A stretch of DNA of 64,000 bases, taken from assembly GCF_009914755.1 (NCBI RefSeq), contig NC_060948.1. One strand, given 5' to 3'. This document shows positions 26,475 to 40,638 of this stretch, one piece after another; the stretch's first letter is position 1, and each line of letters opens with the position of its first letter. A program made the position numbers and the translations under genes. The notes under the pieces were generated by a model that saw only the letters and a program-made list of their open reading frames with translations, searched no databases and had not been told where the DNA came from. This DNA comes from the human T2T-CHM13v2.0 reference genome, Homo sapiens.

Positions 26475-29400
26475 CCTGGAATAAAGTGGAATGCTACGGT
26501 CTCGAATGGAATAAAAATGTATGGAATGGAATGCAATGAAACGGAATCGAATGTCATAGAATGTAATGGAATGCAAAAAAATGGAATCCAAAATCATTGA
26601 CTGGAAAGGCTGGGTGTCGAAAGGAATTGACTCCAATGGAATGGAATCGAATGGAATGGAAGTGAATAGAATCGAACTAAATCGAATGGAATGGAATTGA
26701 TAGGAACGGAATGGAAAGGAATGCAATGATTTGGCATGGAATGGAATCGAATGGCATCGAATGGAATGGAATGGAATGCAATGGAATGGAATGTATTAGA
26801 ATGTAATGAACTTTAATGGAATGTACTCGAATGGATTCGACTGGAATGGAATGTTCTGGAAGTGAATGGACTCCAATGGAATGGATTCAAAAGGAATGGA
26901 ATCGTACGGAATGGAATCTAATGGAATGGAATTAAATGGAAATGAATCAAATTGAATAGCACGGAATTGAATTGAATGGAATGGAATGCAATGGAATCTA
27001 ATGAAACGGAAAGGAAAGGAATGGAATGGAATGGAATGGACTGGAATGGAAAGGAATCGAAACGAATGGAATGGAATCGAACTGAAGAGACTGGAATGGA
27101 ATGCACTGGAATGGAAGGGAGTGTAATGGAAGGTTCTCGAAAAAAATGGAATCGAATGGAATGGAATTGAATGGAACGGAATAGAGTCGAATGGAATTGA
27201 ATGGAATGGAATGGACTAGAGTGAAATGGAATCGAACCACAAGGAATGGACAGGAATAGAATGGTCTCGAATTGAATGGAATCGTATGGAATGGCATCAA
27301 ACGGAATGGAATGGACAGCCACGGAATGGAATGCACTCGAATGCAATGGAGTCGAAACTAATGGACTGGAATAGAATGGACTCGACTGGTACGGACTCCA
27401 ATGGAATGGAATCGAATGGAAGGGAATCGAACGGAAGGGAATCGAATGGAATGGACTCGAAGGGAAAAGACTGCAATGGAAAGGTCTCGAATGGAATGGA
27501 AATTAATGGAATGGAATGGAATCGAATGAAATGGAGTCAAAAGGAATGGAATCGAATGGCAAGAAATCGAATGTAATGGAATCGCAAGGAATTGATGTGA
27601 ACGGAACGGAATGGAATGGAATCCAAAGGAATGGAATAGAATGGAATGGAATCGAATGGAAAGGACTCGAATGGAAATCACTCGAATAGAATGCAATTTA
27701 ATAAAATAGGATCAAATGTAATGGAATGGAATGGAAAGGAATCGAAACGAAAGGAATGGAGACAGATGGAATGGAATGGAAAAGAGAGCAATGGTATAGA
27801 ATGGAATGGAATCATCTGGAATGGAATTGAATGGAATGGAATAATATGAAATGGAATGGAATGGAATGGAATGGAATGAACTTGAATTAAATGGACTGGA
27901 ATGGAATGGACTCGAACAGAGTGGAATGGAAAGTGTTGAGATAGAATGGAATGGACTCCTTTGGAATGGTGTAGTATGCAATGCAATCGACTGGCAGGGA
28001 ATCAAAAGGAATGTAATCGAATGGATTGGACTGGAATGCAATGGACTCGAATAGATTGGAAACGGAATGCAAAGGAATGGAATGGAATACTATGGAATGG
28101 AATGGAAAGGAATGGAGTGGAATAGACTAGAGTGGAATGGAATGGACTGGAAAGCAATGGACTGGAATGGAACTTTCTTGAATGGACTGGAATCAAACGG
28201 AATGGAATGCAATGCAATCAAATGGCATGGAATAAAATAGAATGAAAGAGAATCAAATGGAATTGAATCGAATGGAATCGAATGGATTGGAAAGGAATAG
28301 AATGGAATGGAATGGAATTGACTCAAATGGAATGGACTAGAATGGAATGGATTCGAATGGAAGGCAAAGGAATGGAATCTATTGGAATGGACTGAAATGG
28401 AATGGAATGGAAGGGATTGGAATGGACTCGAATGGAATGGACTGCAATAGAAAGGATTCGAATGGAATGAAAAAGAATTGAATGGAATAGAACAGAATGG
28501 AATCAAATCGAATGAAATGGAACGGAATAGAAAGGAATGGAATGAAATGGAATGAAAAGGATTCCAATGCAATGCAATCGAATGGAATGGAATCGAACGG
28601 AATGGAATAAAATGGAAGAAAACTGGCAATAAATGGAATCGAAATGAATGGAGTGTTATGGAACGGACTCAAAAGGAATTGAATGTAATAGAATGGAGTG
28701 GAGTGGACTCGAATATAATGGACTGGAATGGAATGAAATCACATGGAATGGGAACGAATGGAATGGAATGGAAAGGAATGGAATCGAATGGAAAGGAATC
28801 GAATGGAAGGGAATGAAATTGAATCAACAGGAATGGAAGGGAATAGAATAGACGGTAATGGAATGGACTCGAATAGAATGGACACGAATGCTCAAATTGA
28901 ATGGACTCGAATGGAATGGAAACGAAAGGAATGTCATCGAATGGAATTGAATCGATTGGAATGAAATCGCATAGAATGGAGTGGAATCAAATGGAATTGA
29001 ATCGAAAGGAAAGGAAGCGAATGGACTGAAATGAAATGGAATGGAATTGAATGGAAAGTAATGCAATGGAATAGAATGGAACGAAATTTCACGGAATGGA
29101 ATCAAACTGAATGGAATCAAATCAATGGAATCAAATCAAATGGAATGGAAAGGAATTGAATGGAGTAGATGGGATTGGATGGGACTGGAATGAAATGTAC
29201 TGCAAAGGACTCGAATTTCATGAAACGGAATGGAATGAATTGGAACGGAATGGACTCGAATGGAATGGAATGTCATGGAATGGCATCAAATGGAATGGCA
29301 TCAAATGGAATGGAATCGAATGCAATGGAATGCTATGGAATGGAATGGAATGCATTGGAATGGAATGTCCTCTAATGGAATGGATTCGAGTGGAATGGAA

Positions 29401-30063
29401 TCGAATATAATGGAGTCGAATGAAATGGAATTGAAAGGAATGGGATCGAATACAATGGAATATACTGGAATGTAATGTAATGAACTCGAATGTAATTGAC
29501 TGGAATGGAATGTACATGAATGGAATGTAATCGAATGGAAAGTAATCCAATGGAATAGAATCTAATGCAATAAAATCGACTCAGATAGAGTAGAATGTAA
29601 TGGAATGGAGTGCAGTGCAATGGAATGGAATGGAATGGAATGCAATGGAATGGAATGGAATGGAATGGAATGGAATGGAATGGAATGGAATGGAATGGGA
29701 TGGAATGGTATGGAATGGATAGTAATGGACTGGAATGAAATGGACTGGAAAAGAATGGACTCAAATTGAAAGGGCTCGAAAGGAATGGAGTCAAATGGAA
29801 TGGTCTGGAATGGAATGAATACGAATGTAATGCAATCCAATACAATGGAATCGAATGGCATGGAATATAAAGAAATGGAATCTAAGAGAATGGAAACAAA
29901 TGGAATGGAATTGAATGGAATGGAATTGAATGGAATGGGAACGAATGGAGTGAAATTGTATGCAGTAGAAGAGAATAGAATGGAATGCAAGTGAAAGGAA
30001 AGGAATGGATTGCAATGGAATGGAATTCATTGGAATGGAAGGGAATGTAGTGTAATGGACAGG
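26475..30063 (-). repeat. DYZ1: DYZ1 monomer, 3589 bp
   Basis: GGCC at 26473 and 30062. Confidence 0.92.
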
Positions 30064-33000
30064 CCTGGAATAAAGTGGAATGCTACGGTCTCGAATGGAA
30101 TAAAAATGTATGGAATGGAATGCAATGAAAAGGAATCGAATGTCACAAAATGTAATGGAATGCAAAAAAATGGACTCCAAAATCATTGACTGGAAAGGCT
30201 GGGGTTCGAAAGGAATTGACTGCAATGGAATGGAATCGAATGGAATGGAAGTGAATAGAATCGAACTAAATCGAATGGAATGGAATTGATAGGAACGGAA
30301 TGGAAAGGAATGCAATGATTTGGCATGGAATGGAATCGAATGGCATCAAATGGAATGGAATGGAATGCAATGGAATGGAATGTATTAGAATGTAATGAAC
30401 ATTAATGGAATGTACTCGAATGGATTCGACTGGAATGGAATGTTCTGGAAGGGAATGGACTCCAATGGAATGGATTCGAAAGGAATGGAATCGAACGGAA
30501 TGGAATCTAATGGAATGGAATTAAATGGAAATGAATCAAATTGAATAGCACGGAATTGAATTGAATGGAATCGAATGCAATGGAATCTAATGAAACGGAA
30601 AGGAAAGAATGGAATGGAATAGAATGGGCTGGAATGGAAAGGAATCGAAACGAATGGAATGGAATCGAACTGAAGAGACTGGAATGGAATGCACTGGAAT
30701 GGAAGGGAGTGTAATGGAAGGTTCTCGAAAAAAATGGAATCGAATGGAATGGAATTGAATGGAACGGAATAGAGTCGCATGGAATTGAATGGAATGGAAT
30801 GGACTAGAGTGAAATGGAATCGAACGAAAAGGAATGGACAGGAATAGAATGGTCTCGAATTGAATGGAATCGTATGGAATGGCATCAAACGGAATGGAAT
30901 GGACAGCCACGGAATGGAATGCACTCGAATGCAATGGAGTCGAAACTAATGGACTGGAATAGAATGGACTCGACAGGTATGGACTCCAATGGAATGGAAT
31001 CGAATGGAAGGGAATCGAACGGAATGGACTCGAAGGGAAAAGACTGCAATGGAAAGGTCTCGAATGGAATGGAAATTAATGGAATGGAATGGAATCGAAT
31101 GAAATGGAGTCAAAAGGAATGGAATCGAATGGCAAGAAATCGAATGTAATGGAATCGCAAGGAATTGATGTGAACGGAACGGAATGGAATGGAATCCAAA
31201 GGAATGGAATAGAATGGAATGGAATCGAATGGAAAGGACTCGAATGGAAATCACTCGAATAGAATGCAATTTAATAAAATAGGATCAAATGTAATAGAAT
31301 GGAATGGAAAGGAATCGAAACGGAAGGAATGGAGACAGATGGAATGGAATGGAACAGAGAGCAATGGTATAGAATGGAATGGAATCATCTGGAATGGAAT
31401 TGAATGGAATGGAATAATATGAAATGGAATGGAATGGAATGGAATGGAATGCCCTTGAATTAAATGGACTGGACTCGAACAGAGTGGAATGGAAAGTGTT
31501 GAGATAGAATGGAATGGACTCCTTTGGAATGGTGTAGTATGCAATGCAATCGACTGGCAGGGAATCAAAAGGAATGTAATCGAATGGATTGGACTGGAAT
31601 GCAATGGACTCGAATAGATTGGAAACGGAATGCAAAGGAATGGAATGGAATAGTATGGAATGCAATGGAAGGGAATGGAGTGGATTAGACTAGAGTGGAA
31701 TGGAATGGACTGGAAAGCAATGGACTGGAATGGAACTTTCTTGGATGGACTGGAATCAAACGGAATGGAATGCAATGCAATCAAATGGCATGGAATAAAA
31801 TAGAATGAAAGAGAATCAAATGGAATTGAATCGAATGGAATCGAATGGATTGGAAAGGAATAGAATGGAATGGAATGGAATTGACTCAAATGGAATGGAC
31901 TAGAATGGAATGGATTCGAATGGAAGGCAAAGGAATGGAATCTATTGGAATGGACTGTAATGGAATGGAATGGAAGGGATTGGAATGGACTCGAATGGAA
32001 TGGACTGCAATAGAAAGGATTCGAATGGAATGAAAAAGAATTGAATGGAATAGAACAGAATGGAATCAAATCGAATGGAATGGAATGGAATAGAAAGGAA
32101 TGGAATGAAATGGAATGGAAAGGATTCGAATGGAATGCAATCGAATGGAATGGAATCGAACGGAATGGAATAAAATGGAAGAAAACTGGCAAGAAATGGA
32201 ATCGAAATGAATGGAGTGTTATGCAACGGACTCAAAAGGAATTGAATGTAATAGAATGGAGTGGAGTGGACTCGAATATAATGGACTGGAATGGAATGAA
32301 ATCACATGGAATGGGAACGAATGGAATGGAATGGAAAGGAATGGAATCGAATGGAAAGGAATCGAATGGAAGGGAATGAAATTGAATCAACAGGAATGGG
32401 AGGGAATAGAATAGACTGTAATGGAATGGACTCGAATAGAATGGACACGAATGCTCAAATTAAATGGACTCGAATGGAATGGAAACGAAAGGAATGTCAT
32501 CGAATGGAATTGAATCGATTGGAATGAAATCGCATAGAATGGAGTGGAATCAAATGGAATTGAATCGAAAGGAACGGAAGCGAATGGACTGAAATGAAAT
32601 GGAATGGAATTGAATGGAAAGTAATGCAATGGAATAGAATGGAACGAAATTTCACGGAATGGAATCAAACTGAATGGAATCAAATCAATGGAATCAAATC
32701 AAATGGAATGGAAAGGAATTGAATGGAGTAGATTGGATTGGATGGGATTGGAATGAAATGTACTGGAAAGGACTCGAATTTCATGAAACGGAATGGAATG
32801 AATTGGAACGGAATGGACTCGAATGGAATGGAATGTCATGGAATGGCATCAAATGGAATGGCATCAAATGGAATGGAATCGAATGCAATGGAATGCTATG
32901 GAATGGAATGGAATGCATTGGAATGGAATGTCCTCTAATGGAATGGATTCGAGTGGAATGGAATTGAATATAATGGAGTCGAATGAAATGGAATTGAAAG

Positions 33001-33581
33001 GAATGGGATCGAATACAATGGAATATACTGGAATGTAACGTAATGAACTCGAATGTAATTGACTGGAATGGAATGTACATGAATGGAATGTGATCGAATG
33101 GAAAGTAGTCCAATGGAATAGAATCTAATGCAATAAAATCGACTCAGATAGAGTAGAATGTAATGGAATGGAGTGCAGTGCAATGGAATGGAATGGAATG
33201 GAATGGAATGGAATGGGATGGAATGGTATGGAATGGATAGTAATGGACTGGAGTGAAATGGACTGGAAAGGAATGGACTCAAATTGAAAGGTCTCGAAAG
33301 GAATGGAGTCAAATGGAATGGTCTGGAATGGAATGAACACGAATGTAATGCAATCCAATAGAATGGAATCGAATGGCATGGAATATAAAGAAATGGAATC
33401 GAAGAGAATGGAAACAAATGGAATGAAATTGAATGGAACGGAATTGAATGGAATGTGAACGAATGGAGTGAAATTGTATGCAGTAGAAGAGAATAGAATG
33501 GAATGCAAGTGAAAGGAAAGGAATGGATTGGAATGGAATGGAATTCATTGGAATGGAAGGGAATGTAGTGTAATGGACAGG
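30064..33581 (-). repeat. DYZ1: DYZ1 monomer, 3518 bp
   Basis: GGCC at 30062 and 33580. Confidence 0.92.
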
Positions 33582-36500
33582 CCTGGAATAAAGTGGAATG
33601 CTACGGTCTCGAATGGAATAAAAATGTATGGAATGGAATGCAATGAAACGGAATCGAATGTCATAGAATGTAATGGAATGCAAAAAAATGGAATCCAAAA
33701 TCATTGAATGGAAAGGCTGGGTGTCGAAAGGAATTGACTCCAATGGAATGGAATCGAATGGAATGGAAGTGAATAGAATCGAACTAAATCGAATGGAATG
33801 GAATTGATAGGAACGGAATGGAAAGGATTGCAATGATTTGGCATGGAATGGAATCGAATGGCATCGAATGGAATGGAATGGAATGCAATGGAATGGAATG
33901 TATTAGAATGTAATGAACTTTAATGGAATGTACTCGAATGGATTCGACTGGAATGGAATGTTCTGGAAGTGAATGGACTCCAATGGAATGGATTCAAAAG
34001 GAATGGAATCGTACGGAATGGAATCTAATGGAATGGAATTAAATGGAAATGAATCAAATTGAATAGCACGGAATTGAATTGAATGGAATCGAATGCAATG
34101 GAATCTAATGAAACGGAAAGGAAAGGAATGGAATGGAATGGAATGGACTGGAATGGAAAGGAATCGAAACGAATGCAATGGAATCGAACTGAAGAGACTG
34201 GAATGGAATGCACTGGAATGGAAGGGAGTGTAATGGAAGGTTCTCGAAAAAAATGGAATCGAATGGAATGCAATTGAATGGAACGGAATAGAGTCGAATG
34301 GAATTGAATGGAATGGAATGGACTAGAGTGAAATGGAATCGAACCACAAGGAATGGACAGGAATAGAATGGTCTCGAATTGAATGGAATCGTATGGAATG
34401 GCATCAAACGGAATGGAATGGACAGCCACGGAATGGAATGCACTCGAATGCAATGGAGTCGAAACTAATGGACTGGAATAGAATGGACTCGACTGGTACG
34501 GACTCCAATGGAATGGAATCGAATGGAAGGGAATCGAACGGAATGGACTCGAAGGGAAAAGACTGCAATGGAAAGGTCTCGAATGGAATGGAAATTAATG
34601 GAATGGAATGGAATCGAATGAAATGGAGTCAAAAGGAATGGAATCGAATGGCAAGAAATCGAATGTAATGGAATCGCAAGGAATTGATGTGAACGGAACG
34701 GAATGGAATGGAATCCAAAGGAATGGAATAGAATGGAATGGAATCGAATGGAAAGGACTCGAATGGAAATCACTCGAATAGAATGCAATTTAATAAAATA
34801 GGATCAAATGTAACAGAATGGAAAGGAAAGGAATCGAAACGGAAGGAATGGAGACAGTTGGAATGGAATGGAACAGAGAGCAATGGTATAGAATGGAATG
34901 GAATCATCTGGAATGGAATTGAATGGAATGGAATGATATGAAATGGAATGGAATGGAATGGAATGGAATGCCCTTGAATTAAATGGACTGGACTCGAACA
35001 GAGTGGAATGGAAAGTGTTGAGATAGAATGGAATGGACTCCTTTGGAATGGTGTAGTATGCAATGCAATCGACTGGCAGGGAATCAAAAGGAATGTAATC
35101 GAATGGATTGGACTGGAATGCAATGGACTCGAAAAGATTGGAAACGGAATGCAAAGGAATGGAATGGAATAGTATGGAATGCAATGGAAGGGAATGGAGT
35201 GGAATAGACTAGAGTGGAATGGAATGGACTGGAAAGCAATGGACTGGAATGGAACTTTCTTGGATGGACAGGAATCAAACGGAATGGAATGCAATGCAAT
35301 CAAATGGCATGGAATAAAATAGAATGAAAGAGAATCAAATGGAATTGAATCGAATGGAATCGAATGGATTGGAAAGGAATAGAATGGAATGGAATGGAAT
35401 TGACTCAAATGGAATGGACTAGAATGGAATGGATTCGAATGGAAGGCAAAGGAATGGAATCTATTGGAATGGACTGTAATGGAATGGAATGGAAGGGATT
35501 GCAATGGACTCGAATGGAATGGACTGCAATAGAAAGGATTCGAATGGAATGAAAAAGAATTGAATGGAATAGAACAGAATGGAATCAAATCGAATGAAAT
35601 GGAATGGAATAGAAAGGAATGGAATGAAATGGAATGGAAAGGATTCGAATGGAATGCAATCGAATGGAATGGAATCGAACGGAATGGAATAAAATGGAAG
35701 AAAACTGGCAAGAAATGGAATCGAAAGGAATGGAGTGTTATGGAACGGACTCAAAAGGAATTGAATGTAATAGAATGGAGTGGAGTGGACTCGAATATAA
35801 TGGACTGGAATGGAATGAAATCACATGGAATGGGAACGAATGGAATGGAATGGAAAGGAATGGAATCGAATGGAAAGGAATCGAATGGAAGGGAATGAAA
35901 TTGAATCAACAGGAATGGAAGGGAATAGAATAGACGGTAATGGAATGGACTCGAATAGAATGGACACGAATGCTGAAATTGAATGGACTCGAATGGAATG
36001 GAAACGAAAGGAATGTCATCGACTGGAATTGAATCGATTGGAATGAAATCGCATAGAATGGAGTGGAATCAAATGGAATTGAATCGAAAGGAAAGGAAGC
36101 GAATGGACTGAAATGAAATGGAATGGAATTGAATGGAAAGTAATGCGATGGAATAGAATGGAACGAAATTTCACGGAATGGAATCAAACTGAATGGAATC
36201 AAATCAATGGAATCAAATCAAATGGAATGGAAAGGAATTGAATGGAGTAGATGGGATTGGATGTGATTGGAATGAAATGTACTGGAAAGGACTCGAATTT
36301 CATGAAACGGAATGGAATGAATTGGAACGGAATGGACTCGAATGGAATGGAATGTCATGGAATGGCATCAAATGGAATGGCATCAAATGGAATGGAATCG
36401 AATGCAATGGAATGCTATGGAATGGAATGGAATGCATTGGAATGGAATGTCCTCTAATGGAATGGATTCGAGTGGAATGGAATTGAATATAATGGAGTCG

Positions 36501-37100
36501 AATGAAATGGAATTGAAAGGAATGGGATCGAATACAATGGAATATACTGGAATGTAACGTAATGAACTCGAATGTAATTGACTGGAATGGAATGTACATG
36601 AATGGAATGTGATCGAATGGAAAGTAGTCCAATGGAATAGAATCTAATGCAATAAAATCGACTCAGATAGAGTAGAATGTAATGGAATGGAGTGCAGTGC
36701 AATGGAATGGAATGGAATGGAATGGAATGGAATGGGATGGAATGGTATGGAATGGATAGTAATGGACTGGAGTGAAATGGACTGGAAAGGAATGGACTCA
36801 AATTGAAAGGTCTCGAAAGGAATGGAGTCAAATGGAATGGTCTGGAATGGAATGAACACGAATGTAATGCAATCCAATAGAATGGAAACGAATGGCATGG
36901 AATATAAAGAAATGGAATCGAAGAGAATGGAAACAAATGGAATGAAATTGAATGGAACGGAATTGAATGGAATGTGAACGAATGGAGTGAAATTGTATGC
37001 AGTAGAAGACAATAGAATGGAATGCAAGTGAAAGGAAAGGAATGGATTGGAATGGAATGGAATTCATTGGAATGGAAGGGAATGTAGTGTAATGGACAGG
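33582..37100 (-). repeat. DYZ1: DYZ1 monomer, 3519 bp
   Basis: GGCC at 33580 and 37099. Confidence 0.92.
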
Positions 37101-40100
37101 CCTGGAATAAAGTGGAATGCTACGGTCTCGAATGGAATAAAAATGTATGGAATGGAATGCAATGAAACGGAATCGAATGTCATAGAATGTAATGGAATGC
37201 AAAAAAATGGAATCCAAAATCATTGAATGGAAAGGCTGGGTGTCGAAAGGAATTGACTCCAATGGAATGGAATCGAATGGAATGGAAGTGAATAGAATCG
37301 AACTAAATCGAATGGAATGGAATTGATAGGAACGGAATGGAAAGGATTGCAATGATTTGGCATGGAATGGAATCGAATGGCATCGAATGGAATGGAATGG
37401 AATGCAATGGAATGGAATGTATTAGAATGTAATGAACTTTAATGGAATGTACTCGAATGGATTCGACTGGAATGGAATGTTCTGGAAGTGAATGGACTCC
37501 AATGGAATGGATTCAAAAGGAATGGAATCGTACGGAATGGAATCTAATGGAATGGAATTAAATGGAAATGAATCAAATTGAATAGCACGGAATTGAATTG
37601 AATGGAATCGAATGCAATGGAATCTAATGAAACGGAAAGGAAAGGAATGGAATGGAATGGAATGGACTGGAATGGAAAGGAATCGAAACGAATGCAATGG
37701 AATCGAACTGAAGAGACTGGAATGGAATGCACTGGAATGGAAGGGAGTGTAATGGAAGGTTCTCGAAAAAAATGGAATCGAATGGAATGCAATTGAATGG
37801 AACGGAATAGAGTCGAATGGAATTGAATGGAATGGAATGGACTAGAGTGAAATGGAATCGAACCACAAGGAATGGACAGGAATAGAATGGTCTCGAATTG
37901 AATGGAATCGTATGGAATGGCATCAAACGGAATGGAATGGACAGCCACGGAATGGAATGCACTCGAATGCAATGGAGTCGAAACTAATGGACTGGAATAG
38001 AATGGACTCGACTGGTACGGACTCCAATGGAATGGAATCGAATGGAAGGGAATCGAACGGAATGGACTCGAAGGGAAAAGACTGCAATGGAAAGGTCTCG
38101 AATGGAATGGAAATTAATGGAATGGAATGGAATCGAATGAAATGGAGTCAAAAGGAATGGAATCGAATGGCAAGAAATCGAATGTAATGGAATCGCAAGG
38201 AATTGATGTGAACGGAACGGAATGGAATGGAATCCAAAGGAATGGAATAGAATGGAATGGAATCGAATGGAAAGGACTCGAATGGAAATCACTCGAATAG
38301 AATGCAATTTAATAAAATAGGATCAAATGTAACAGAATGGAAAGGAAAGGAATCGAAACGGAAGGAATGGAGACAGTTGGAATGGAATGGAACAGAGAGC
38401 AATGGTATAGAATGGAATGGAATCATGTGGAATGGAATTGAATGGAATGGAATGATATGAAATGGAATGGAATGGAATGGAATGGAATGCCCTTGAATTA
38501 AATGGACTGGACTCGAACAGAGTGGAATGGAAAGTGTTGAGATAGAATGGAATGGACTCCTTTGGAATGGTGTAGTATGCAATGCAATCGACTGGCAGGG
38601 AATCAAAAGGAATGTAATCGAATGGATTGGACTGGAATGCAATGGACTCGAATAGATTGGAAACGGAATGCAAAGGAATGGAATGGAATAGTATGGAATG
38701 CAATGGAAGGGAATGGAGTGGAATAGACTAGAGTGGAATGGAATGGACTGGAAAGCAATGGACTGGAATGGAACTTTCTTGGATGGACTGGAATCAAACG
38801 GAATGGAATGCAATGCAATCAAATGGCATGGAATAAAATAGAATGAAAGAGAATCAAATGGAATTGAATCGAATGGAATCGAATGGATTGGAAAGGAATA
38901 GAATGGAATGGAATGGAATTGACTCAAATGGAATGGACTAGAATGGAATGGATTCGAATGGAAGGCAAAGGAATGGAATCTATTGGAATGGACTGTAATG
39001 GAATGGAATGGAAGGGATTGGAATGGACTCGAATGGAATGGACTGCAATAGAAAGGATTCGAATGGAATGAAAAAGAATTGAATGGAATAGAACAGAATG
39101 GAATCAAATCGAATGAAATGGAATGGAATAGAAAGGAATGGAATGAAATGGAATGGAAAGGATTCGAATGGAATGCAATCGAATGGAATGGAATCGAACG
39201 GAATGGAATAAAATGGAAGAAAACTGGCAAGAAATGGAATCGAAAGGAATGGAGTGTTATGGAACGGACTCAAAAGGAATTGAATGTAATAGAATGGAGT
39301 GGAGTGGACTCGAATATAATGGACTGGAATGGAATGAAATCACATGGAATGGGAACGAATGGAATGGAATGGAAAGGAATGGAATCGAATGGAAAGGAAT
39401 CGAATGGAAGGGAATGAAATTGAATCAACAGGAATGGAAGGCAATAGAATAGACTGTAATGGAATGGACTCGAATAGAATGGACACGAATGCTCAAATTA
39501 AATGGACTCGAATGGAATGGAAACGAAAGGAATGTCATCGAATGGAATTGAATCGATTGGAATGAAATCGCATAGAATGGAGTGGAATCAAATGGAATTG
39601 AATCGAAAGGAAAGGAAGCGAATGGACTGAAATGAAATGGAATGGAATTGAATGGAAAGTAATGCGATGGAATAGAATGGAACGAAATTTCACGGAATGG
39701 AATCAAACTGAATGGAATCACATCAATGGAATCAAATCAAATGGAATGGAAAGGAATTGAATGGAGTAGATGGGATTGGATGTGATTGGAATGAAATGTA
39801 CTGGAAAGGACTCGAATTTCATGAAACGGAATGGAATGAATTGGAACGGAATGGACTCGAATGGAATGGAATGTCATGGAATGGCATCAAATGGAATGGC
39901 ATCAAATGGAATGGAATCGAATGCAATGGAATGCTATGGAATGGAATGGAATGCATTGGAATGGAATGTCCTCTAATGGAATGGATTCGAGTGGAATGGA
40001 ATTGAATATAATGGAGTCGAATGAAATGGAATTGAAAGGAATGGGATCGAATACAATGGAATATACAGGAATGTAACGTAATGAACTCGAATGTAATTGA

Positions 40101-40638
40101 CTGGAATGGAATGTACATGAATGGAATGTAATCGAATGGAAAGTAATCCAATGGAATAGAATCTAATGCAATAAAATCGACTCAGATAGAGTAGAATGTA
40201 AAGGAATGGAGTGCAGTGCAATGGAATGGAATGGAATGGAATGCAATGGAATGGAATGGAATGGAATGGAATGGGATGGAATGGTATGGAATGGATAGTA
40301 ATGGACTGGAGTGAAATGGACTGGAAAGGAATGGACTCAAATTGAAAGGGCTCGAAAGGAATGGAGACAAATGGAATGGTCTGGAATGGAATGAACACGA
40401 ATGTAATGCAATCCAATAGAATGGAGTCGAATGGCATGGAATATAAAGAAATGGAATCGAAGAGAATGGAAACAAATGGAATGGAATTGAATGGAATGGA
40501 ATTGAATGGAATGGGAACGAATGGAGTGAAATTGTATGCAGTAGAAGAGAATAGAATGGAATGCAAGGAAAGGAAAGGAATGGATTGGAATGGAATGGAA
40601 TTCATTGGAATGGAAGGGAATGTAGTGTAATGGACAGG
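37101..40638 (-). repeat. DYZ1: DYZ1 monomer, 3538 bp
   Basis: GGCC at 37099 and 40637. Confidence 0.92.
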
